Below are positions 47,862 through 56,099 of a DNA stretch of 56,099 nucleotides, one piece after another. The position numbers were made by a program, and so were the translations under genes. The stretch is from NCBI GenBank assembly GCA_019056785.1, contig DXJV01000095.1, positions 1 to 56,099 on the forward strand, read 5' to 3'. The notes under the pieces are model-generated. The model saw only the letters and a list, made by a program, of their open reading frames with translations. It made no database searches and was not told the DNA's origin. Origin of the DNA: Candidatus Heimdallarchaeota archaeon. Lineage in GTDB: Archaea; Asgardarchaeota; Heimdallarchaeia; JABLTI01. Numbering within the stretch: the stretch's first letter is position 1; every line of letters starts with the position of its first letter.

Positions 47862-48947
47862 TTAACCAGAGAGAAGTGAGGATTCGTTCACCTCAGAACG
47901 AATCACTCCCATTGTACCCTCAGCACCATCAACTTGAAAATTAATATCGATGAATCGTTTAACGATAGCAATATTGGTGAGCGTATGAAGAGTAATTTTA
48001 CTAGTTTTTATCACCGATGGCGAAGGAACAATTGCCATCCAAAGAATCAATTGATCCGCAAGGTGATAATCTACCGGACATTTGGTTTGTAGTTGGTTGT
48101 GAAGTTCTTTGGCAGCACTTTCTCCGACTGTTTCAGCTGGCAAGCCTTTCTTTCCCAAGCCACTTCCGGAGAGAAATGTTCCACAGTCAGTTTCAGCCCA
48201 AAGGGTAATACCTGTTCCCGGACCAATATGTGGGTCATATTTTTGTTCCGGACAATCTTTTTTCAACTTACCAAGTTGATAACCTTTCTTTTGTAAAAAA
48301 GTCGCTGCACTCGAAAGCATCCGTTCGGCAATATGGCAAGGTAATTGTACAGCATGGGCAATGCCTTTAATTTGAAGAGGGTTACAATTTTTCGTGCCAT
48401 CAAAAGAAATAGGCTTCAATCGATCAATGGGATCAATATCACATGAAATAATTCCACCGCCTTTGGGGTAATGACCCCGATGCCCCAAACACACAGTGAC
48501 ATCAAGGCCGAGTTTTTGCAGAGTGAAGAGATAAACGTTTTTAAAGAAATCAAAGGGTGGAGCCATTGGAACATCTGTTCCTCCCTTAAGTAATAATTTG
48601 ACAGGTTCAGGGGCAAAAGAAGCCACAGGTATGAGCGCTTGCAACAATAAAGTTAAGCTGCCTGCAGTTTGCACATCTATCTGAAATGTTCCACCTCGAG
48701 TTTCTCCAGGTATAAAGGAAATACACTGAGAACCAATAAAAGCACCTTCGATTTCAGCCTGACAAATCTTGCCGATAGCTTTTACAACGTGGAGATGCTG
48801 GTTTCTAAGACCTGGTTTCGAACGTTTAGCCCGAATGTTTCGAATCTTTACAGGCTTTTTTAAGAGGGCAGAAAGAGCAATAGCATTTCGTACAATTGAC
48901 CCACCTCCTTCCATGAGAGAGCCATCAATCTGAACTGTCTTCGTCAA
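47862..48947 (-). CDS. rtcA: RNA 3'-terminal phosphate cyclase
   Basis: IDGSLMEGGG, IRAKRSKPGLRNQH, GGTDV, GHYPKGGG, DYHLADQL. Confidence 0.95.
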   Translation of the reverse strand: MTKTVQIDGSLMEGGGSIVRNAIALSALLKKPVKIRNIRAKRSKPGLRNQHLHVVKAIGKICQAEIEGAFIGSQCISFIPGETRGGTFQIDVQTAGSLTLLLQALIPVASFAPEPVKLLLKGGTDVPMAPPFDFFKNVYLFTLQKLGLDVTVCLGHRGHYPKGGGIISCDIDPIDRLKPISFDGTKNCNPLQIKGIAHAVQLPCHIAERMLSSAATFLQKKGYQLGKLKKDCPEQKYDPHIGPGTGITLWAETDCGTFLSGSGLGKKGLPAETVGESAAKELHNQLQTKCPVDYHLADQLILWMAIVPSPSVIKTSKITLHTLTNIAIVKRFIDINFQVDGAEGTMGVIRSEVNESSLLSG

Positions 48948-50040
48948 AGAATATCCACTCTATTTTATCAGTCTTTTTCCGCTTTTCAACGTGCTTTTTT
49001 TCTTCCTTTTCTTCCATAAAAAATTTCTTTTGTGGGAGATTATCAATAATCATTTGAATGACTTCTTCCAACTCGTTTTTATACTCTTCAGTGGTAGCAA
49101 TTAAACGGTGCTCACCAAGCTGTTTGAAAATTGCCGGGAGTTGTTCTTTTGGGATGATATCCTTTTTATTTATGAAAACATACATTGGTGTTTCAGAAAA
49201 TGTTTTATTAATTTCTCGAAAGAGATTCTGTTGCTCAACCAATGTTAAAGTAGCATTCTTTGATGGATCATACAGAAAGACAATTGCATCAGCTAAGTAT
49301 TTTAAAGCTAAAATACTTTTCATTTCAATTTGATTTCGTTCTTGCAAAGAACGGTCTAAAAGCCCGGGCGTGTCAACTAATTGGACAGATTCAAACCGAT
49401 TCTGACGGTGTCCACAAATTAACTCTTTAGTAGTAAACGGATAAGAAGCGATTTCCGGCTTACCACTTGAGACAAGCTTTACAAAACTTGATTTTCCAGC
49501 ATTTGGCCCACCGGCAAAAGCGATTGTTTTTTGTTCCAGATTAAAGTCTGGGACCTTCGAAAGTTGGATCTTCGCAGAGATTAGTTCCGCCAGAGGTTTT
49601 TCCAGTTTTCGTATGGCAGAACCAACTCGCCCCAATGCCTCTTGCCGAATGCGTTTTGCTTCTTCGGCAGTTTGCGACCTTCCTAACTTCCTGGAAACTT
49701 CAACCTCAATACTCTCAATGGCTTTTTTAGTGTGTTTTATTCTTGAAAGATTTGTTCGCAATTTCTCAATGCCAAATAATACATCTATCAATTCCTTATG
49801 GAAAGGATGTAATTCATCAATCACTGGAAAACTGTCAGCAATTCGCTCCAACTCACTTTTCAGTTCCGGAAAGAGAAAACGAAATTGGCGGAAATAAAGG
49901 GTCCGATAGAAAGAATAGTCTGAACGTTTCTTCTTCCCACGTTTAGGTGGTTCAACTTGAATTTTCTTTAGCTTTGAGAAGATCATATCTGCAAGTTTTT
50001 CAGCAGTGGGGATATATGGAATATTTTTGAACTGACTCAT
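48925..50040 (-). CDS. NOG1-family GTPase
   Basis: LHPFHKEL, GGPNAGKSS, ASYPFTTK, DTPGLLDR, NKKD. Confidence 0.93.
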   Translation of the reverse strand: MSQFKNIPYIPTAEKLADMIFSKLKKIQVEPPKRGKKKRSDYSFYRTLYFRQFRFLFPELKSELERIADSFPVIDELHPFHKELIDVLFGIEKLRTNLSRIKHTKKAIESIEVEVSRKLGRSQTAEEAKRIRQEALGRVGSAIRKLEKPLAELISAKIQLSKVPDFNLEQKTIAFAGGPNAGKSSFVKLVSSGKPEIASYPFTTKELICGHRQNRFESVQLVDTPGLLDRSLQERNQIEMKSILALKYLADAIVFLYDPSKNATLTLVEQQNLFREINKTFSETPMYVFINKKDIIPKEQLPAIFKQLGEHRLIATTEEYKNELEEVIQMIIDNLPQKKFFMEEKEEKKHVEKRKKTDKIEWIFFDEDSSD

Positions 50041-50139
50041 TCATAAAACGGATCCTTTTATGGGGATTTTCTAGCAAACTGTGATAGCTGCTGTTGTAGT
50101 AGTATTTAATTGTTATGAGCTCGCAAAGAGCATATGCTG

Positions 50140-51081
50140 TTAAAACTTTTCCTCTTTTCGCCTTGAGATATACTCATTAAGGATTTCCTCAAGCATTCTT
50201 TCCCCTCGAAAAGTTGCTACTCCCTCTTGTTTATGCTTTTGAACGCCTGAGAGAATTTGCTGAACATGCTCATTTTCTGCTGGTTTAAAGGTAATCTCTG
50301 CTGTTGGGATGATTTTCTTTATTCCTTCAGCTATTTCCTGAGCAGTAACCCAAATACCATCAACATTAACAATCTCGAATTGAATGTCTTTGCTACGCCA
50401 GAGGTTAATTAAAATTTGGACAGCATCATCGACAAAGATAATTGGCACTCGCGTATCAGGAGCGACCTCTGCTACATATGGTTTCCCTTTCACGGCTTCT
50501 TCAATCATCTGTGTTGGGTATTTTGTTATGCCTAAGAAAGGATTTCTACCAGGGCCGACAACAACGGGGAAACGAACGGCCCGGAAATTGAGCTGGAATT
50601 TTTTGGAATAAATGGATCCAATAATTTCTGTGCAAATTTTATAGGAACTATAAAATGTCCAAGGATCGCGCAAGTCTTCTTCGGTAAAAGGGGGGGTTCT
50701 GTCGGGGCCAAAGACAGTAGCAGAGCTCGGATAAATGACATTTTTTATGTTATATTTTTCAGCAATAGTTAAGATATTTAGTGTACCTTCAACATTAACT
50801 TTGAAGGCTTTATATGGATCTTCTTCTGTATTTGGAGGTAAAAGAGCTGCAAGATGAAAGACAGCTTCGAATTGATAGTCCTCACAAACTTTCTCTAAAG
50901 CACGAAGATTTGCCACATCACCTTTTATGAGCGTTACTTTTTCTGAAGCTTCTTTTAAATGCAGTTTTTTGGGATTCTTGTCAAAAATAACGACTTCTTT
51001 CTGGGCGTCTATAAGTCGCTTTGCAAGATGAGAGCCCAAGAAACCCGCACCACCTGTTATTAAAATTGCCATTTTAATCAT
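50140..51081 (-). CDS. NAD-dependent epimerase/dehydratase (threonine-dehydrogenase-like SDR)
   Basis: ITGGAGFLG, FHLAA, VNVEGT, YSSYK. Confidence 0.9.
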   Translation of the reverse strand: MIKMAILITGGAGFLGSHLAKRLIDAQKEVVIFDKNPKKLHLKEASEKVTLIKGDVANLRALEKVCEDYQFEAVFHLAALLPPNTEEDPYKAFKVNVEGTLNILTIAEKYNIKNVIYPSSATVFGPDRTPPFTEEDLRDPWTFYSSYKICTEIIGSIYSKKFQLNFRAVRFPVVVGPGRNPFLGITKYPTQMIEEAVKGKPYVAEVAPDTRVPIIFVDDAVQILINLWRSKDIQFEIVNVDGIWVTAQEIAEGIKKIIPTAEITFKPAENEHVQQILSGVQKHKQEGVATFRGERMLEEILNEYISRRKEEKF

Positions 51082-51154
51082 CCTTCTTGTTAATTCATTT
51101 ATCGACCGCCCTTTTTAAAAATTAGCTTCTTTTGTCTTAAAAGAAGCACTTTTC

Positions 51155-51961
51155 TCAAGATTGGAGTAATGCCTTGTAAAGGTCTGTCCGCCGGTCTTGG
51201 AAAATGTGGTTCTTCTTGGTGATCCATTTGTTTCGAGCAAGAGAGGGGTCAATGTCTACGACACGACATTCCTCTTCATCTTTAGAAGAGTGACTTAGAA
51301 GCTCCATACCGGGGCTGGTGATTTGACTTAGACCTGTAAAAGTGAGCTCCTTGTCACCTTTCTTTTCTGTACCAATTCGGTTTGCAGTTATAGTGAAAAC
51401 GCGATTCTCTATTGAACGGGCTAACATCGTTTTTTGTGCAAATGGCAAGACAAGATTTGCAGGATGGCAAATAATCTCAGCACCCTTTAAAGCGAGAATT
51501 CTGGTTAGTTCTGGGAAAGCCCAATCAAAACAGACGATAATGCCAATTTTTACATCTTTGACCGCGTAAACTTGAATGGGCCCCTTCCCCGGTGTGAAGA
51601 AATTTTTCTCGGTATTAAATAGATGGATTTTTCGATAAACGTCTATAAATCCCTCGGGCCCAAGAAGGATAGCCGAATTATAAAATTCATTCTCTGATAC
51701 CTTCTCACAAAAGCCAGCAACAAGATATGTGTCTGTTTCTGCAGCAACTTTTTCCAAGAGCTTGACACTGGAGCCTGAAGGGACATACTCAGCCATGTTT
51801 TGCAATTCTGCTTGCTCCGTGAAAAAATAACCAGTTGTGCATAGTTCTGGAAGAACTAAGAGCTCAGCGTCCGCGTGATTACGAATTAACCTGATAATTT
51901 GAGAAAGGTTATGTTCTTTATTGCCAAAAACAGGGTTGAATTGGATGTAACCAACTTTCAT
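51155..51961 (-). CDS. Nitrilase-related carbon-nitrogen hydrolase
   Basis: LPELC, YRKIHLF, VCFDW catalytic triad, RSIEN. Confidence 0.93.
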   Translation of the reverse strand: MKVGYIQFNPVFGNKEHNLSQIIRLIRNHADAELLVLPELCTTGYFFTEQAELQNMAEYVPSGSSVKLLEKVAAETDTYLVAGFCEKVSENEFYNSAILLGPEGFIDVYRKIHLFNTEKNFFTPGKGPIQVYAVKDVKIGIIVCFDWAFPELTRILALKGAEIICHPANLVLPFAQKTMLARSIENRVFTITANRIGTEKKGDKELTFTGLSQITSPGMELLSHSSKDEEECRVVDIDPSLARNKWITKKNHIFQDRRTDLYKALLQS

Positions 51962-52055
51962 TTGTTCTCAACTCGAACTGTAAAACTATTGTTTAATTAA
52001 AGAATTAGAACTTTTTGGAAAAGAAAAAAAAGGAAAGATGAAGTTGCCAACGAGA

Positions 52056-53039
52056 CTATTCCGCAGCAACTTTCTTTTTTGTAACAGTTTCTTTTATACC
52101 GAAAATCAACACGCCGGCGAATATCACCGCAGCAACAATACCTGCCAGCCCCCATTCACTTAAGGCGGTTTGCAAAGCAGCAAAAATTGCTCCGCCAATA
52201 ACTCCAAGTGCTAGGAGGATGAAAGTAAATCCCCAGAACCGGTGGGATCGACTGATGGGATATTCAGCTCGGAGAACCTTACCTCGTGCAGCATCAACTA
52301 ATGCTTCTCCCGTCCAATTGCCATATTTGTAGGTAATCCTATAAAATGGCACATGAAGGTAAGAAACTTCTTTTAAGTCGATTTTTTGATTTAGCCCCTC
52401 TATTTTGTAAATCTCACGATAAATTAATTCGTTGTGCCGTTTTTTCACTTGCTCTTCAGCATTTCTGTAGGCTTCATCATAACCGATTTCAGTATCGTAG
52501 ATTCTACCACCTTCAGCGTTTACGGCGTTGATATCGAATGCTTCTTTCGAACCGACAGGAATCTTTTCGTCGCGAATTTCTTTATGTTGTTCTCGATAGC
52601 CAAATACCAAGCAAGTTTGATCCAAGTCAATGCTTCCGCGTTCGGGTCGTGTCTGAATGTTAATACTCCGGCTCCAATGAGTGCTATGTACTGCCGGACA
52701 ATATTTGCCAAGACCGGTATAATCTGTGTGACCATGAAACTTGAAAACCCAAAAGGGCATCATACGAAGCTCGAAATCCGTGAAAATGACTTTGTCTGCA
52801 AAATCGGAAGGAACACCTACATATTTTGAGAGATATTCCGGAATCAATTCAGTTAATTCTGAACCACTGAAATAGACAGAGAGCATATGGTGGTTTTGAA
52901 TGATTTTCCCAGTTCGTAATTCGTTAGGTGTACCACAGTAAGGGCAAGTTACCACTGACGCAAAAGGGGGAATTTCCACTTCAGCTTGACAGTACCCACA
53001 GTTTATTTTCTTGGTTGGTTGTTGTTGTTCTATTGCCAT
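52056..53039 (-). CDS. Zn-ribbon protein with 2 C-terminal TMs (paralog A)
   Basis: CGYCQA..CPYCGT; MPFWVF, LHVPFY, AEYPIS then TMs. Confidence 0.8.
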   Translation of the reverse strand: MAIEQQQPTKKINCGYCQAEVEIPPFASVVTCPYCGTPNELRTGKIIQNHHMLSVYFSGSELTELIPEYLSKYVGVPSDFADKVIFTDFELRMMPFWVFKFHGHTDYTGLGKYCPAVHSTHWSRSINIQTRPERGSIDLDQTCLVFGYREQHKEIRDEKIPVGSKEAFDINAVNAEGGRIYDTEIGYDEAYRNAEEQVKKRHNELIYREIYKIEGLNQKIDLKEVSYLHVPFYRITYKYGNWTGEALVDAARGKVLRAEYPISRSHRFWGFTFILLALGVIGGAIFAALQTALSEWGLAGIVAAVIFAGVLIFGIKETVTKKKVAAE

Positions 53040-53045
53040 CTTCCA

Positions 53046-54230
53046 TCATCTCTGTTTGATTTTATACCCGCATTTTTCACAGAACACTTGTCCTGGTTCA
53101 AGCGGGTCGCCACATTTCGGGCAAAACTTTGGAATTGGTCGACTACCGGACTCAGAAGGAGCTCCGGTAGGACGGCGTTGTGGTTGCGGTTGTGGTTGTG
53201 TACCAGGAGCGATTTTTTGAAAGTCGAAGAGTGTTATCTTTCCGCCACTCGATTTCACTTTGTGTGGTTTATATGCTCGTACTACAAGGAAAATCCCAAT
53301 GCCCAAAACTATAACACTAAGAACTACAAAGAGAATTATTATGAAATTCTCTCCACTAGCAAGATAGCGATTATAGCCCACCTGCGTTAAAAAGGGCGTC
53401 CCGAGAAACATTAAGAGGGCGAAAAAGATCATTAACCCACGGTTTTTGATGGGCAACTCTTCTCGCAACAATTGTCCATTGCCCCAGTGATAAGCTGCTC
53501 GATAGGAACGTCCTTGAATTTTACGACGAACCAAAAGAAGAGGTTCATGAACAAGAGTCGGTTTTGCGAGAGGTTTGAAATTGACTCTGGTGTCAAAGAC
53601 TTCATGCATTTCTGATTTTGCTCGAGCATAAGCCGCCTCATAAACAGTTTCACCTGCTTTTGCAACGGCTTCTGATTGACTCCATTCTGGGCTTAAAGCG
53701 ACCAGAGAATGAGAATCATTGCGACTTACTAAATCCTTAATCAACTGCGCTGAAAATGGCAACGGTTCGCCGCCTAAGCTTTTTGCTACAGACGCTTGAA
53801 GCTCATCTGCACCAAACATCGTAATTTCTTGTCGAGCTAGAAAACGGACTGCATGAGCACCATGATGTTCAATACGCCAAGGACGATATTCCACGATAGT
53901 TCTTGTTTCGATGTGGGTTTCACCACCACGTCGTACGGTTCTTGTCTCTGTTCGTTCGCGTCGTTGATAGCCTAAAGCTTCCATGTCAACTTGTGCTTTC
54001 ACTTCGAAAAAGGGCACCAAGATTAATTCCATCTTTTTAATTTGGCCTAACCCTTCAGGGGGAGTGAGGGGGAGTGGTTTGATGATTGCATGGGGAGAGA
54101 TAGGACTTTCAGTGATAATTTCGCCACAAAAGTTACAAATGATGAGAATAGATTCTGCTGAAGGTTTTAGGGGAGCCCCACAAGTAGGACATCTAAGTGT
54201 TTTTATTAATGCATGTTCTTGAGTACTCAA
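53046..54230 (-). CDS. Double Zn-ribbon membrane protein (paralog B)
   Basis: CPTCGA..CNFCG; VPFFEV, VHEPL, EELPIK; 2 TMs; C-terminal FCPKCG..FCEKCG. Confidence 0.8.
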   Translation of the reverse strand: MSTQEHALIKTLRCPTCGAPLKPSAESILIICNFCGEIITESPISPHAIIKPLPLTPPEGLGQIKKMELILVPFFEVKAQVDMEALGYQRRERTETRTVRRGGETHIETRTIVEYRPWRIEHHGAHAVRFLARQEITMFGADELQASVAKSLGGEPLPFSAQLIKDLVSRNDSHSLVALSPEWSQSEAVAKAGETVYEAAYARAKSEMHEVFDTRVNFKPLAKPTLVHEPLLLVRRKIQGRSYRAAYHWGNGQLLREELPIKNRGLMIFFALLMFLGTPFLTQVGYNRYLASGENFIIILFVVLSVIVLGIGIFLVVRAYKPHKVKSSGGKITLFDFQKIAPGTQPQPQPQRRPTGAPSESGSRPIPKFCPKCGDPLEPGQVFCEKCGYKIKQR

Positions 54231-54356
54231 AAGACTTCACGCCTTATTTTGTTCTCTAGTAGAATGAATAGGTAATTCTAACTAATCTAAATTGCTAAAT
54301 GATTTTCTTATAAATTAAGATTATGTTATTGCATAAAAAAGGAAAAAAAAGAAAAA

Positions 54357-56099
54357 TTAGTGGTCGGTGGCGCTCAAGATTTTGGGTTTGAAAAGTTTTA
54401 ACCGAAGAGAGTTAGAAACCACAAGAACAGAGCTAAAAGCCATTGCTAAAGCAGCCATCCAAGGCGCGAGAAGGCCTAACGCGGCAATCGGGATTGCTAC
54501 AACATTAAAACCAAAAGCCCACCAAAGATTTCCTTTGATGATCTTCAAAGTGGCATGACTAAGTTCAATCGCATCAACAACCTGGGTTAAGTCGCTACGC
54601 ATCAAAGTTATGTCTGAAGTTTCAATAGATACATCTGTGCCAGAAGCAACAGCAAAACCAATGTCAGCTTGAGCGAGTGCCGGGGCATCATTTATACCAT
54701 CCCCCACCATTCCAACTTTCAACCCCTCTTCCTGTAAAGCCTTGACAACTTCTGCTTTTTGTTCGGGTAAAACGCCGGCAATAACTTCTTCAATGTCAGC
54801 TTTTTGTGCGATTGCTTTTGCTGTTCGTTCATTATCACCTGTAAGCATTATTAATCGCATGCCCATTTTTTTTAATGTAGCAACAGCTTTATAGGAGGTA
54901 TCTTTGATGACGTCTGCAACTGCAATTAAACCTATAATTTTTCCATCATACGCAACGATCATAGTTGTCTTTCCGTGCTCTTGCAAACTGCCCATTTTGT
55001 TACCAAGCTCTGACGCGAGAGAATAACCTACCTCTAAAAGCATTGCATCATTTCCAAGGATCAATTCCTTCCCGTCAACAAAAGCTTTAATTCCTTTGCC
55101 AGGGATCGCTTCAAAGTTAGATGGGTCATTTAACGACAAGTCACGCATTATTGCAGCACGAACAATAGCTTCGCCTAATGAATGCTCAGAACCTTTCTCT
55201 GCACTGGCTGAAAGGCGGATGACCTCATTTTCTGAAAAGTCATCAGCTAGAACAATGATGTCGGTTACTTCGGGAACACCTTTTGTAATAGTGCCGGTTT
55301 TATCAAAGATAATTGTATCAATTGTTAGTGTCTTCTCGAGTGATTCTGCGTTTTTGAAGAGAATACCAAGTTCGGCGCCCTTACCCGTACCAACAATTAC
55401 CCCTGTTGGCGTAGCTAAACCAAGCGCGCAAGGGCAAGCGATAACTAAAACCGCAATGGTATAAAGAATAGCTCGAGTATACCAACTTACATCCTGCATC
55501 ACTTCTCGAAATGGCTGAATGTTGGTAAATGCTCCGAGAAGCAACCAGACAATTAAGACAACTGTTGCAATAATAATTACTGCTGGCACAAAATAAGAAG
55601 AGACTTTATCAGCGAGCCTTTGAACGGGAGCTTTACTTCCCTGAGCATCTTCCACTGCTTGAATAATCCGTGCAAGAACAGTATCCTTTCCGACATTTTC
55701 CGCCTTAAACTTGATCAAACCGTTTTTGTTAATCGTTGCACCAATGACTTTATCACCGACCGTTTTATCGACTAAAAGACTTTCACCGGTGATCATAGAC
55801 TCATCAATAGCAGTTGAACCTTCAACGATCACGCCATCTACCGGGATTTTCTCCCCAAGACGGACAATAACAATATCACCAACAAGAACCTCATCAATTA
55901 GAATGTCTTGTTCTATTCCATCACGGATGACCTTTGCTGTTTTTGGTTGCAAACCAATTAACTTTGCAATGGAGTCAGACGTTCGCCCTTTTGCGATTGC
56001 CTCTAGATATTTACCCATAATGAGAGCTGTTAAGATGATTGCAGCAGATTCGAAATAAATCTCATTCCTTCCAAGGCTCAAAGAAATAAGACTGTAGAT
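54357..56099 (-). CDS. copA: Cu-type P1B heavy-metal ATPase, 5'-truncated by the window edge
   Basis: [45 protein letters not shown]; frame open to the window end. Confidence 0.93.
   Translation of the reverse strand: MYSLISLSLGRNEIYFESAAIILTALIMGKYLEAIAKGRTSDSIAKLIGLQPKTAKVIRDGIEQDILIDEVLVGDIVIVRLGEKIPVDGVIVEGSTAIDESMITGESLLVDKTVGDKVIGATINKNGLIKFKAENVGKDTVLARIIQAVEDAQGSKAPVQRLADKVSSYFVPAVIIIATVVLIVWLLLGAFTNIQPFREVMQDVSWYTRAILYTIAVLVIACPCALGLATPTGVIVGTGKGAELGILFKNAESLEKTLTIDTIIFDKTGTITKGVPEVTDIIVLADDFSENEVIRLSASAEKGSEHSLGEAIVRAAIMRDLSLNDPSNFEAIPGKGIKAFVDGKELILGNDAMLLEVGYSLASELGNKMGSLQEHGKTTMIVAYDGKIIGLIAVADVIKDTSYKAVATLKKMGMRLIMLTGDNERTAKAIAQKADIEEVIAGVLPEQKAEVVKALQEEGLKVGMVGDGINDAPALAQADIGFAVASGTDVSIETSDITLMRSDLTQVVDAIELSHATLKIIKGNLWWAFGFNVVAIPIAALGLLAPWMAALAMAFSSVLVVSNSLRLKLFKPKILSATDH

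Noticed and set aside
53177-53200. (TGYGGT)n short tandem repeat
   Set aside because: Simply encodes the QPQPQPQ linker.
1-56099. CRISPR array, rRNA or IS element
   Set aside because: No regularly spaced repeats, rRNA-like sequence or transposase motifs were seen by eye.

Overview
This 56 kb window looks like AT-rich chromosome from an Asgard archaeon, most plausibly a Heimdallarchaeia-type lineage (inferred from gene content only). It carries archaeal informational genes (pth2, truD, alba, S17e, L13e, L18e, L13, S9, rpoD, rpoK, rtcA, nog1, a beta-CASP RNase, an intron-containing tRNA-Ile). It also carries eukaryotic-signature proteins (two Rab-like GTPases, an OSTC/DC2 homolog, a solo ESCRT-II Vps22/36-like protein, a possible SNX/Vps5-type BAR protein) and a divergently split formylmethanofuran dehydrogenase cluster (fwdGFAC / fwdDB) with methanofuran/pterin-type ATP-grasp enzymes and GlyA. 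C-terminally anchored surface proteins and a small pseudogene island beside the tRNA are also present. I found no CRISPR array, integrase or transposase. The strongest unexplained signal is a set of kb-scale, gene-orientation-independent strand-asymmetry domains: A-rich/T-poor on the + strand left of a focus, A-poor right of it. These flip abruptly inside a Rab gene (~16,305) and at the tRNA (~21,760), and are strong enough to rewrite codon usage and amino-acid composition. Other notable items are a FwdA gene with no canonical start codon, an Alba with a Lys-rich tail, a hidden PD-(D/E)XK nuclease/HEAT pseudogene pair, and a candidate structured leader before rpoD-L18e-L13-S9. All family assignments come from motif recognition, not database searches.
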